Source: Pseudobacteriovorax sp.
GTDB lineage: Bacteria > Bdellovibrionota_B > Oligoflexia > Oligoflexales > Oligoflexaceae
Length of the DNA: 26,199 nt
Direction of reading: 5' to 3'
Assembly: GCA_050293845.1 (NCBI GenBank)
Contig: JBNKNM010000063.1
Location: 1-26,199 of the forward strand
The stretch's first letter is position 1, and each line of letters opens with the position of its first letter. Shown here in pieces: positions 8,824 through 18,460 of this stretch. Both the position numbers and the translations under genes were made by a program. The notes beneath the pieces are model-generated. The model had not been told where the DNA came from and ran no database searches. It saw nothing but the letters and a program-made list of their open reading frames with translations.

Positions 8824-9984
8824 TTATTTTGCAAGATCAACGATTTGCTTGGCACCATCCGCCATGTCTTCAGCTGCAACAAGATTTAAACCCGATTGTT
8901 TAAGAATTTTTTTGCCTTCTTCGACATTGGTACCTTCTAGTCTTACAACTAGAGGTACTTGCAGTCCTAAGTCTTTGGCTGCTGCAACTACTCCATTGGC
9001 AATAATATCGCATTTCATTATGCCACCGAATATGTTAACAAATATCCCTTTTACCTTGGAGTCGGAAAGTAAAATTTTGAAGGCATTGGTTACAGTTTCC
9101 TGGCTTGCCCCGCCGCCAACATCAAGGAAGTTGGCCGGTGCACCACCATAATGCTTGATGATATCCATGGTAGCCATGGCCAAGCCAGCACCATTAACGA
9201 GACACCCGATATTACCATCCAGACCAATATAGCTGAGCCCATACTTGGAAGCCTCGATTTCTCTTTCATCCTCTTCTTCAAAGTCGCGCATGACTTCGAT
9301 AGTGGCTTGGCGATACAGGGCGTTATCATCAAAGTTCATTTTGCCGTCGAGCGCAAACATATCGCCATCTTCGGTAACGACAAGGGGGTTGATTTCGAGC
9401 ATGGAGTAATCGTATTTTAGGAACATTTTGTATAGGTTTTGGATGATCCCACTGAGCTTTTTCTGCTCATCCTTGGGCAGGTTAAGTCCAAAACATATAT
9501 TTCTGATGTGATAACCTTGCAAACCAATAGTGGGGTCGATATTTACGACTACAATTTTTTCAGGTGTTTTTTCAGCTACCTCCTCAATATCCATGCCTCC
9601 CTCTGTTGAGAACATGATACTGACTCCAGCAGATTCGCGATCCAGTAGCAGGGCTAAGTAATACTCTTTGGCAATTTTACTGCCTGCTTCAATATATACC
9701 TTACGCACCAACTTGCCTTCAGGTCCTGTTTGGTGAGTTACCAAGGTCATGCCGATCATCTCTTCAGTCAACCTTTTGCACTCTTCAGGAGTTTTCGCAA
9801 GCTTCACACCACCAGCTTTGCCTCGTCCGCCAGCATGGACTTGTGCTTTTACTACGGCCACGTCGCTCTTTAAGCGTCGCATGGCAAATTCGGCCTCTGT
9901 GCCATTCGCGGCAAGATGGCCATCTGGCACAGGAACGCCATTGTCGCGGAATAGCTGTTTCGCTTGATATTCATGAATATTCAT
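8824..9984 (-). CDS. sucC: succinate--CoA ligase subunit beta
   Basis: [35 protein letters not shown] and [10 protein letters not shown]. Confidence 0.97.
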   Translation of the reverse strand: MNIHEYQAKQLFRDNGVPVPDGHLAANGTEAEFAMRRLKSDVAVVKAQVHAGGRGKAGGVKLAKTPEECKRLTEEMIGMTLVTHQTGPEGKLVRKVYIEAGSKIAKEYYLALLLDRESAGVSIMFSTEGGMDIEEVAEKTPEKIVVVNIDPTIGLQGYHIRNICFGLNLPKDEQKKLSGIIQNLYKMFLKYDYSMLEINPLVVTEDGDMFALDGKMNFDDNALYRQATIEVMRDFEEEDEREIEASKYGLSYIGLDGNIGCLVNGAGLAMATMDIIKHYGGAPANFLDVGGGASQETVTNAFKILLSDSKVKGIFVNIFGGIMKCDIIANGVVAAAKDLGLQVPLVVRLEGTNVEEGKKILKQSGLNLVAAEDMADGAKQIVDLAK

Positions 9985-10085
9985 TCAGTATAGTCCTCCG
10001 ACGGGGTTGTCGTAATTTCTTTGCACACGCGCTTAGGCTATCATAATATCGGCGTGCGCGACATTAGTTATATATGAGGTATTCT

Positions 10086-11039
10086 ATGCAGGCAATTGGC
10101 AAGAAGAGGGTTTTAGTGACGGGGGGGGCCGGCTTCCTGGGGAGTTATTTATGTGATAGATATGTTGATGCCGGCTGGGATGTTATTTGCTTGGATAATT
10201 TTCATACTGGTAATAAGAAAAACATTGCCCATCTTTGGGATCGTCCTAATTTTGAGCTAGTACGCCACGATATCATCAAACCTTATATGGCCGAAGTAGA
10301 CTTGATTTTAAACTTTGCCTGCCCGGCAAGTCCGGTTCATTACCAATCTAACCCCATTAAGACATTAAAAACCTCGTTGATGGGAGCCCTCAACATGCTT
10401 GGTCTAGCTAAACGTGTGGGGGCACGGATTACCCATGCTAGTACATCTGAGGTTTACGGAGACCCTCTTCAGCACCCCCAGCATGAAGAGTATTGGGGAA
10501 ATGTAAACCCTATTGGGTCGCGGAGCTGCTATGATGAGGGTAAAAGAGCTGCTGAAACCTTATGTTTTGATTATCAGCGTCAGCACGGTGTTGAGATTCG
10601 TGTGGTACGGATATTTAATACTTATGGGCCGCGGATGGACAAGAATGATGGCCGCGTTGTGAGCAACTTTATTATGCAAGCTTTGAGGAATGAAGATATT
10701 ACTATCTATGGTGATGGTAGCCAAACACGTTCATTCTGTTATGTTGATGACCTTGTCGATGGCATTGTTAAATTAACCCATCAAAAGGAGATTTTAGGCC
10801 CTGTCAATATTGGCAACGACCAAGAGTTCACTGTTAGGGAGTTAGCAGAAAAAATAGTCGCTATGACGGGTAGTCGTTCCAGGATCGTCCACCAAGCACT
10901 CCCAGAAGATGATCCCAAAATAAGAAAACCAAACTTGTCTCTTGCCCGTGAAAAATTATCCTATACACCTTGTACTCATTTGGAGGAAGGTCTTACAAAA
11001 ACTATTGCCTACTTTGTGAGTCAAATGAAATCAGAATAG
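10086..11039 (+). CDS. UDP-glucuronic acid decarboxylase (UDP-xylose synthase) family SDR
   Basis: [45 protein letters not shown] and [16 protein letters not shown] before ATG 10086. Confidence 0.92.
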   Translation: MQAIGKKRVLVTGGAGFLGSYLCDRYVDAGWDVICLDNFHTGNKKNIAHLWDRPNFELVRHDIIKPYMAEVDLILNFACPASPVHYQSNPIKTLKTSLMGALNMLGLAKRVGARITHASTSEVYGDPLQHPQHEEYWGNVNPIGSRSCYDEGKRAAETLCFDYQRQHGVEIRVVRIFNTYGPRMDKNDGRVVSNFIMQALRNEDITIYGDGSQTRSFCYVDDLVDGIVKLTHQKEILGPVNIGNDQEFTVRELAEKIVAMTGSRSRIVHQALPEDDPKIRKPNLSLAREKLSYTPCTHLEEGLTKTIAYFVSQMKSE

Positions 11040-11105
11040 CGTACAAGTGCACTCTATTTTGGTTAAAATTTTTTAACTTTTAATATAATCTTAAAGGTAA
11101 ATTCC

Positions 11106-11134
11106 TTGAAAAATTAACCGTCTCCGTTTAATCT
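11106..11134 (+). promoter_or_regulatory. candidate sigma70 promoter upstream of the structured element
   Basis: TTGAAA (11106-11111), 17-bp spacer, TAATCT (11129-11134). The flank is AT-rich, so a chance match is possible. Confidence 0.45.
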
Positions 11135-11138
11135 TCTA

Positions 11139-11377
11139 GTTATAGCTTCAAAATTTATTGGTGGGGGGGGTGCCCGCCCTGTGTAAGAGAGCGGGCAAGC
11201 CAAACGAGCGATTTGGCCGGCGGAGGGACTTTCATCCCTTGGGAAAAAGGGCACTTGTACCTTTAAGGACGGTTGGTTCTGGGAAAAGGGGCCTTTGTTT
11301 TTCCCATGGCCGGTTAAGGTACGACGAGTCGCTATGTATAGGCATCCTCTGACGCCACGAACGAATCTATAACCCAC
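11139..11377. ncRNA. unidentified structured non-coding element (candidate ncRNA)
   Basis: GC-rich island in an AT-rich intergenic region with at least five hairpins and terminal complementarity (GTTATAG/CTATAAC); no convincing ORF; family not recognised. Confidence 0.6.
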
Positions 11378-11677
11378 ATTCGATATCTACCAATATTTTG
11401 ACATCACTCAAAAATCATAAATAAAATCAGATGGTTAATTTAGTAGAAAACATTTTTGAAAAAATACAAACCCAACGCATGATAAAATTATCAATAAAAT
11501 CAAAATATTAACGAAATCAAGAAATTTTGTTCTGGAGAGCTGTGAACTAATTGAGCCGCTTTTTGCTTTTCATAGTGAACGAAAAATTTAATCTCTCTGA
11601 CTAAATCTTGGTACGAAAAAGCCCCAATCACAATTGTGAAAAGGGCTACATGAGCTTTTGCGCTTTCCCTGCAGCTG

Positions 11678-12052
11678 TTAGTCATGAAGAACCATGGTCT
11701 GCACAAAATGGCCACTGCCTTGTACAATGACACTGCCAATGGGGGTCCACCCTTTAGTCATGTTGTATTTCACCTGATCTTCGAGGTTGCGAACAGAATC
11801 TTCAATAAGAAGCTGGTAGTCTTTTGGTCGGGATTCCATTTTGGAAACTGCAACTTTGCTTGGTCTGCTCTTGGCGACCTTAGTCTTTTTCTTGACTACT
11901 TTTTTGGCCTTCTTTGCCTTAGGGGTTCCTGCAGCTTTTTTTGCGGCCTTCTTTTTTACAGGCTTCTTTTTGGTTTTTTTAACGATTTTTTTAGCTTTCT
12001 TCTTTGTAGCTATCTTTTTTTTGGTCGCTTTCTTCTTGGTTTTTTTTGCCAT
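11678..12052 (-). CDS. Lys/Ala-rich histone H1-like protein with C-terminal DUF1737-like domain
   Basis: About 70 aa of KK-rich repeats followed by DYQLL...LEDQVKYNMTKGWTPIGSV...FVQTMV; GGAGG RBS. Confidence 0.75.
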   Translation of the reverse strand: MAKKTKKKATKKKIATKKKAKKIVKKTKKKPVKKKAAKKAAGTPKAKKAKKVVKKKTKVAKSRPSKVAVSKMESRPKDYQLLIEDSVRNLEDQVKYNMTKGWTPIGSVIVQGSGHFVQTMVLHD

Positions 12053-12187
12053 CTAATGCCTCCGGCGGATAATATTCACAAAACAATACAACAACATTAC
12101 AGTAGTTATTGCCAAAGTAAAGCGCATCCATAAGATTGACAAGTGCAAGTTCATATCAGCTGCAGTTTCTACTAATAAGGGGGTTTC

Positions 12188-13837
12188 ATGTCTCGTTCAT
12201 ATATAAGCCTTGTGATTTTCACATTACTGCTCTCCTGTGGAAGAGGGGGGCAGGCCATTGTTAGCCTATTGTGCGGTATTGGACATGATCAATCATCACT
12301 TACCCTAGGTCTCAACCTTGACGAACTAGCTGGTTTAGGTTTGTTACAGGATGACGGTGGCATCTCCAATGAGGATGTGAAAAATTTTCTTAATGAATCT
12401 CTAACAGGATTTGTGGAGGAAGATGTGCTGCGCATCAAATCCGTGGAAACAGCCCATCCCGATGATGAAACTGATTCTGTAAGATTTATACAGTTGTCGG
12501 GGAGCTTTTCTGGGGGGTTTGGTGTCGCGGCACAATTTTTAAAGGGAGCCCTTTCGTCAGCGGGACTAGCAGGAGAGAGTGTGGTTGATTTTCTCCATGA
12601 CTCTTTTTCTGTTAGTGCAGCCAGTCAGCAGTTCAACTTTACTAAATGGTTGTCCCAAACACAAAAACCGTGGGAAAGGCATCATCTGCGGAGGGAGTCC
12701 AGGCTTTTAACACCCCAGTCTGATCAATGGGCCCTATTACAAACTAACTATAGCGGAGCCTTGGATCACTTAAACACTATTCTAAATAAGGGTGATGGGG
12801 CTTCAGATAGTGAGGTGATAGTGGCTGTCCTTGATACAGGGGTTGATAAAGATCATCCCGATCTTCAAGATATACTTATTGAAGGCTATGACGCTGTAGG
12901 CACCGATACGGGGACCGATGATGAAAACGGTCACGGAACCCATTGTGCAGGCATAATTGCTGCCCAGGCTAAGACCTCCGATACTTCACCAGAAGGGGTT
13001 GCTGCCCAAAGAAATATCAAAATCATGCCTATAAAAGTACTAGATAGTCGTGGGGCTGGAGGATTTCAAGCTATAGAAAAGGGAATACGCTATGCTATGA
13101 GGGCTACCCCTAAGCCCGATGTCCTGTCCCTAAGCTTAGGGGCAGGCCTGGAGTATGGAGATTTAGACGAGGATACTAAAAAGCTAAGTAATGAATTATT
13201 CAAAGAAGCTATTGAAAAGTACAATATGATCGTAGTCGTAGCAGCAGGAAATGAGTCTTGCCCTCTAGGAGGAAACTGCCGTGACCAGAATGGTATTTTT
13301 CCCAAATCAATTGCTGAATACGTCGTACTGCCTTGTATGTATGAGGAGGTCATATGTGTGGGGGCTAGCAACCCCGACGAAACGTTAGCAGACTACAGTA
13401 ATTACTCAGCAAAAAAAGATGCTTCTTACCGCACCAAAGCCCATATCAATGCACCGGGAACCGATATTTACTCCACCTGGCCCGTAGAATTGGGCAGCTA
13501 TAAAACTATCAGCGGTACTAGCATGGCAACACCTTATGTGGCAGGAATAGCAGCTCTTTTTAAGAGTGTTAGGAAGGACTTGAACCAACAACAGTTTCTA
13601 GAAATCCTTCAAGCTGGGCAGGTGAATCCATCAGATATGGTGGAAAAAAGCGAGGTCGGGCGGCTAGACCTTTATAAAGCAACCGTGGCATTTGGCATAA
13701 ATAAAAGTGTCGGTTTGGGGGTTGAGGCCCCTGTCGGGTATCAGGAACCAGGGGTAAATCCCGTGACAGGGCCCAATAAGGACAATACAGGCCAAAACGG
13801 CGCTAATTTTAACCTATGGTCTGCTATCTGCCAGTAG
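12188..13837 (+). CDS. S8 (subtilisin-like) serine peptidase, probable lipoprotein
   Basis: Lipobox LLSC; catalytic triad motifs VAVLDTG, HGTHCAG and SGTSMATP; oxyanion motif AAGN. Confidence 0.92.
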   Translation: MSRSYISLVIFTLLLSCGRGGQAIVSLLCGIGHDQSSLTLGLNLDELAGLGLLQDDGGISNEDVKNFLNESLTGFVEEDVLRIKSVETAHPDDETDSVRFIQLSGSFSGGFGVAAQFLKGALSSAGLAGESVVDFLHDSFSVSAASQQFNFTKWLSQTQKPWERHHLRRESRLLTPQSDQWALLQTNYSGALDHLNTILNKGDGASDSEVIVAVLDTGVDKDHPDLQDILIEGYDAVGTDTGTDDENGHGTHCAGIIAAQAKTSDTSPEGVAAQRNIKIMPIKVLDSRGAGGFQAIEKGIRYAMRATPKPDVLSLSLGAGLEYGDLDEDTKKLSNELFKEAIEKYNMIVVVAAGNESCPLGGNCRDQNGIFPKSIAEYVVLPCMYEEVICVGASNPDETLADYSNYSAKKDASYRTKAHINAPGTDIYSTWPVELGSYKTISGTSMATPYVAGIAALFKSVRKDLNQQQFLEILQAGQVNPSDMVEKSEVGRLDLYKATVAFGINKSVGLGVEAPVGYQEPGVNPVTGPNKDNTGQNGANFNLWSAICQ

Positions 13838-13924
13838 TTCGCAATAGTTCGTGACTTTCAATCATAGGGGTAATGATTTAAGTTAATCCTGCATTTGAGC
13901 CTATTGAGGAAAATGGAGTGAATC

Positions 13925-16900
13925 ATGAACCCAGGGATCGCGCCCTATAAGCCAAAAAAACACATTCGAATTGTAACTGCAGCTTCACTATTTGACGGTC
14001 ATGATGCTGCAATTAATATCATGCGTCGTATTCTACAAGCTTCCGGTGCGGAGGTGATCCATCTTGGACATAACCGCTCTGTGTCAGAAATTGTCAATTG
14101 CGCTATTGCTGAGGATGCTCAAGGTATTGCGATTACCTCCTACCAAGGTGGGCATGTTGAATACTTTAAATATATGTTCGATTTGCTGAAAGAACAGAAC
14201 GCCACTATAAAAATTTTTGGCGGTGGGGGAGGAACCATTCTCCCAACGGAAATAGAGGAACTCCATAACTACGGTATTTGTCGTATCTACTCACCCGACG
14301 ATGGCCGGAAAATGGGTTTACAAGGAATGATTAATCATCTTCTTGAGTCTTGCGACTTTGCCACCTGTGAAGCCCATGCAGACCAATTGATCGAGTCGAT
14401 TAAAGAGAAAAATCCCCTAGTTTTGGGCAAGTTAATTTCGATTGCAGAAAATTACCCTGACTACCACGATACCCTTACAGCAGCTATCCGTGCTCGCTTT
14501 GGAAAGAAAAAAATTCCTGTCCTCGGAATTACCGGTACAGGGGGGGCTGGCAAGTCATCATTGGTTGATGAGTTGGTACGGCGGTTTATTAGCGATTTTA
14601 CCGATAAGACCATTGCAATAATCTCTGTGGACCCTTCAAAACGAAAAACTGGAGGAGCCCTTCTTGGCGATAGGATCCGTATGAATGCTATCGATCATCC
14701 CCGAGTTTTCATGCGTTCTTTAGCTACTCGACAGTCAAACCTAGCTCTGAGCAAGTACGTACAAGACTCCATAGATATATGCCAAGCTGCTGAATTTGAT
14801 CTGGTCATTGTTGAAACCTCAGGTATTGGTCAATCGGATACAGAAATCACGGAGCACTCCGATGTCTCTCTTTACGTAATGACCGCTGAATATGGTGCTG
14901 CGACTCAGCTTGAAAAAATTGATATGCTGGACTTTGCAGATCTGATAGCTATCAATAAATTTGATAAAAGGGGGTCTTTGGATGCCCTTAGGGATGTGCG
15001 CAAGCAGTATCGACGCAATCAAAATCTTTGGGATACTAAGGACGAAGACTTACCAATCTACGGGACCATGGCCTCCCAATTCAATGACCCAGGAATGAAT
15101 ATTCTATATAGCAAAGTGATGCATAATGTAGCTGCCACTACAGGTGTAGAATTAAAGTCGCAGTTTGCCGTGACTGATCAAATGGCTACAAAAAAGTATA
15201 TAATTCCCCCCGATCGCGTCCGCTATTTAGCTGAAATCTGTGAATCTTCCCAACAGTACCAAGATTTTATCGCACAGCAGGCAGGTATTGCCAGGCAGAT
15301 GTATCAGCTACAGGGCGCTATCAAACTGCTTTGTGAGCAAAAAGACTCTAAACTGGAAGTGGCATGTGCTAAGCCTATCGTATGCGATCTTGACGATACT
15401 ACCATAAAAAATCTTGTGTCCTTATATAATCAGCTGGAAGCGAAGCTGGATTATGAGTGTAAAGTGAGACTAGCAGCCTGGCCTGAGATGATAAAGCGGT
15501 ATACCGCGGAAAAGTATCAATTTAAGGTGAGGGGTCGCATTATTGAGCAAGATCTATACACAGAGACCTTGTCTCATCTAAAAGTTCCTAAAGTGGTTCT
15601 TCCCAAATATCAAGACTGGGGTGATATTCTTAAGTGGCTGTTAGAAGAAAATGTACCGGGCGATTTTCCCTATGCTGCTGGGGTATTTCCGTTAAAGCGA
15701 GAGGGTGAAGATCCGGTGCGGATGTTTGCAGGTGAAGGTGGCCCTGAACGGACCAATAGAAGATTTCATTACCTATCCCACTCCATGCCAGCTAAACGAT
15801 TATCAACGGCTTTTGATTCGGTAACTCTTTATGGAGAAGATCCAGAATATCGACCTGACATCTATGGTAAAGTAGGTAACGCGGGGGTTAGTGTAGCTAC
15901 CGTGGATGATGCTAAGAAACTTTATTCGGGTTTTAATCTGTCAGATCCTAAAACTAGCGTTTCTATGACTATCAACGGCCCTGCGCCGATGCTTCTAGGT
16001 TTCTTTTTAAATGCGGCGATTGACCAAGCTTGTGAGATTTATATTAAAGAACAAGGTTTAGAACAGCAGGTCGAGCAAAAGATTGCTGCCATCTATCAGG
16101 AACTGGGCCAGCCGCGTCCACGCTATCAAGGTGATCTGCCTCAAGGAAATGATGGGCTTGGTTTGATGCTGCTAGGTGTCACCGGTGATCAGGTATTGCC
16201 AATGGATGTCTATGAGAATATCAAGGCGGATACCTTGACGAAAGTGCGAGGTACCATTCAAGCGGATATCCTTAAAGAGGATCAGGCTCAAAATACCTGC
16301 ATTTTTTCCACTGAGTTTGCCCTGAGGTTGATGGGGGATACCCAGCAATACTTTATTGATAAAAAAGTAAAAAATTTCTATTCGGTTTCGATTTCAGGCT
16401 ATCATATTGCTGAGGCAGGGGCTAATCCTATTACCCAGCTCGCTTTTACTCTGGCTAATGGCTTCACCTATACCGAGTACTATCTATCGCGAGGCATGAA
16501 TATTGATGATTTTGCCCCCAATTTATCCTTCTTTTTCTCCAATGGTACCGATGCAGAATACTCGGTGATAGGTCGGGTGGCGCGACGCATTTGGGCTAAG
16601 GCATTAAAATATAAATATAAGGCCAATGAACGTTCTCAAAAACTAAAGTATCATATCCAAACTTCTGGTCGCAGTTTACATGCCCAGGAAATTGCATTTA
16701 ATGATATTCGTACAACTCTACAAGCGCTTTACGCGCTATATGATAATTGTAACTCGCTTCACACTAACGCTTATGACGAAGCTATAACAACCCCAACTGA
16801 AGAAAGTGTGCGACGGGCTATGGCTATCCAGCTGATTATCAATAAGGAGTTGGGACTGGCGAAAAATGAAAACCCGTTGCAAGGCTCCTTTATCATAGAG

Positions 16901-17347
16901 GAACTAACAGACCTCGTTGAAGAAGCTGTGATGAACGAATTTCGGGCGATTTCGGAAAGGGGAGGAGTCCTGGGTTCTATGGAACGCATGTACCAAAGGA
17001 CTAAAATTCAAGATGAATCAATGTATTATGAGTCCCTGAAGCATTCGGGGGAGCTGCCCATTGTGGGAGTGAATACCTTCTTGGATCATCAAGGCTCGCC
17101 AACAGTCATTCCCCAGGAGGTTATTCGTGCTGATAAAGAGGAAAAGGAATACGCTATTAACGCGAATCGGGCTTTTCGAGAGCGCAATCAAGCTGCTGCC
17201 AAGGTTCAGCTTTCTATGATTAAAAGAGCAGCCATCGAAAATGAGAATATTTTTGACGTCCTTATGGAAGCCAGTAAGGTTTGTACTTTAGGACAAATAT
17301 CTCAACTACTTTATGAAGTGGGAGGGCAATATCGCCGTAATATGTAG
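13925..17347 (+). CDS. icmF: fused isobutyryl-CoA mutase / MeaB-type GTPase
   Basis: N-terminal B12-binding DGHD motif, GTPase [13 protein letters not shown], and a mutase domain with RMFAGEG (Phe at the specificity position); 1140 aa. Confidence 0.95.
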   Translation: MNPGIAPYKPKKHIRIVTAASLFDGHDAAINIMRRILQASGAEVIHLGHNRSVSEIVNCAIAEDAQGIAITSYQGGHVEYFKYMFDLLKEQNATIKIFGGGGGTILPTEIEELHNYGICRIYSPDDGRKMGLQGMINHLLESCDFATCEAHADQLIESIKEKNPLVLGKLISIAENYPDYHDTLTAAIRARFGKKKIPVLGITGTGGAGKSSLVDELVRRFISDFTDKTIAIISVDPSKRKTGGALLGDRIRMNAIDHPRVFMRSLATRQSNLALSKYVQDSIDICQAAEFDLVIVETSGIGQSDTEITEHSDVSLYVMTAEYGAATQLEKIDMLDFADLIAINKFDKRGSLDALRDVRKQYRRNQNLWDTKDEDLPIYGTMASQFNDPGMNILYSKVMHNVAATTGVELKSQFAVTDQMATKKYIIPPDRVRYLAEICESSQQYQDFIAQQAGIARQMYQLQGAIKLLCEQKDSKLEVACAKPIVCDLDDTTIKNLVSLYNQLEAKLDYECKVRLAAWPEMIKRYTAEKYQFKVRGRIIEQDLYTETLSHLKVPKVVLPKYQDWGDILKWLLEENVPGDFPYAAGVFPLKREGEDPVRMFAGEGGPERTNRRFHYLSHSMPAKRLSTAFDSVTLYGEDPEYRPDIYGKVGNAGVSVATVDDAKKLYSGFNLSDPKTSVSMTINGPAPMLLGFFLNAAIDQACEIYIKEQGLEQQVEQKIAAIYQELGQPRPRYQGDLPQGNDGLGLMLLGVTGDQVLPMDVYENIKADTLTKVRGTIQADILKEDQAQNTCIFSTEFALRLMGDTQQYFIDKKVKNFYSVSISGYHIAEAGANPITQLAFTLANGFTYTEYYLSRGMNIDDFAPNLSFFFSNGTDAEYSVIGRVARRIWAKALKYKYKANERSQKLKYHIQTSGRSLHAQEIAFNDIRTTLQALYALYDNCNSLHTNAYDEAITTPTEESVRRAMAIQLIINKELGLAKNENPLQGSFIIEELTDLVEEAVMNEFRAISERGGVLGSMERMYQRTKIQDESMYYESLKHSGELPIVGVNTFLDHQGSPTVIPQEVIRADKEEKEYAINANRAFRERNQAAAKVQLSMIKRAAIENENIFDVLMEASKVCTLGQISQLLYEVGGQYRRNM

Positions 17348-17440
17348 CGGTAGGTTGTATTGCATTTCTCAGCTGCTGAACGCTAGGGAATGACACAACT
17401 CTCGTTACTTTCCGCGTATTTCTGTTCATTTCTAAAACGA

Positions 17441-17477
17441 TATAGCTCCTTGTACATTATGTACACGGAGCTATAAT
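17441..17477. promoter_or_regulatory. 35-bp palindrome overlapping candidate parA promoter (operator or parS-like site)
   Basis: TATAGCTCC-T-TGTACAT-T-ATGTACA-C-GGAGCTATA (17441-17475); overlaps TTGTAC-N16-TATAAT. Confidence 0.6.
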
Positions 17478-17551
17478 TTTCTTGAGACTCTTCCCTAAAG
17501 CCTGTACCGTGGTATGAGATTCCCAAATTTTTTATTACATGGAGGTTGGTT

Positions 17552-18451
17552 ATGGACCGAAGGTCTTCGCATGTGATTACATTTGCCAACATCAAAGGTG
17601 GCGTTGGCAAAACCACCGCAGTTGTGAATATTGCCTATCTTCTTGCTACAGAATTTAACAAGCGAGTCATGGTTGTAGACTCTGATGACCAGGGAAATGC
17701 TACCAAAGCTTTGGGAGTCCGGGAAAGTCACGATCCAGATAGGGAAAGCTTGTGGTACGCCTTGAGCCATAAGAAAAATTACCAGGAAGCTATCGTCGCC
17801 TCGCCTTACGCCAACATTTGGGTTGTGCCTTCTACAAAAGAGTTAAAGGGTGCGCAGTTGGCATTTGGCCAGTCAGCTCGGGGAGTGAAAATGTTTCAAA
17901 GGATGTTAAAAGGGGCTGAGAAAGACTTTGACTTCATTATTATTGATACTAAACCGCAAATAAATATCTTACTGCAATCGGCATTAGCAGCTTCTCAGTG
18001 GTATGTTATCCCTAGTTTTCCTGAGCCCGATTCATATGATGGTTTTATTGATTTGTTAGCGGAAGCCGGGGAAATTCGCGAAGAGATAAACGAAGACTTG
18101 CGATGTTTGGGAGTATTGTTAACCAGTGTGAAAAAAATACCAGCTCATGAGGCTTATATCTCATTTATTAACAAGCATATGAAGCGGTCTAACGTCCCGA
18201 TGTTCAAGTCCACGATCCGTTCCTCTAATTCTATTGCTACGGGGAGCTTGCATAGCTGTCCAGCAGTTTCGTTGCCTGGGTCTTATATGATTCGAGAAGA
18301 CTATATTAAGGTGGTGAGATCTATCATGAGGACCGTTGGTAGAGATCCGGAAGCCCTTAAAGAACCAAACATGGAAACCTTGGGTATCCTGGGGCCTCAT
18401 GAAGAATTTGGTTTGAAAATTTCCGAAAATCCTGAGCCCATCGATATTTAG
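17552..18451 (+). CDS. parA: ParA/Soj family ATPase
   Basis: Deviant Walker A KGGVGKTT, DSDDQGNAT and IIIDTKP; GGAGG RBS before ATG 17552. Confidence 0.9.
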   Translation: MDRRSSHVITFANIKGGVGKTTAVVNIAYLLATEFNKRVMVVDSDDQGNATKALGVRESHDPDRESLWYALSHKKNYQEAIVASPYANIWVVPSTKELKGAQLAFGQSARGVKMFQRMLKGAEKDFDFIIIDTKPQINILLQSALAASQWYVIPSFPEPDSYDGFIDLLAEAGEIREEINEDLRCLGVLLTSVKKIPAHEAYISFINKHMKRSNVPMFKSTIRSSNSIATGSLHSCPAVSLPGSYMIREDYIKVVRSIMRTVGRDPEALKEPNMETLGILGPHEEFGLKISENPEPIDI

Positions 18452-18460
18452 GAGGCCACC

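Noticed and set aside
11114..11377. 87-aa and 64-aa ORFs across the structured element; also tmRNA, RNase P and SRP identities
   Set aside because: The ORFs have no recognisable motifs or clear RBS. There is no TTCRA T-arm before the CCA-like end, no RNase P P4 partner and no SRP helix-8 motif.
11500..11739. 79-aa minus-strand ORF overlapping the end of the H1-like gene
   Set aside because: No recognisable features; cannot be distinguished from a chance ORF.
11684..12133. Phe/Leu-rich plus-strand ORFs that look like membrane proteins
   Set aside because: They are antisense shadows of the Lys-codon-rich H1-like gene.
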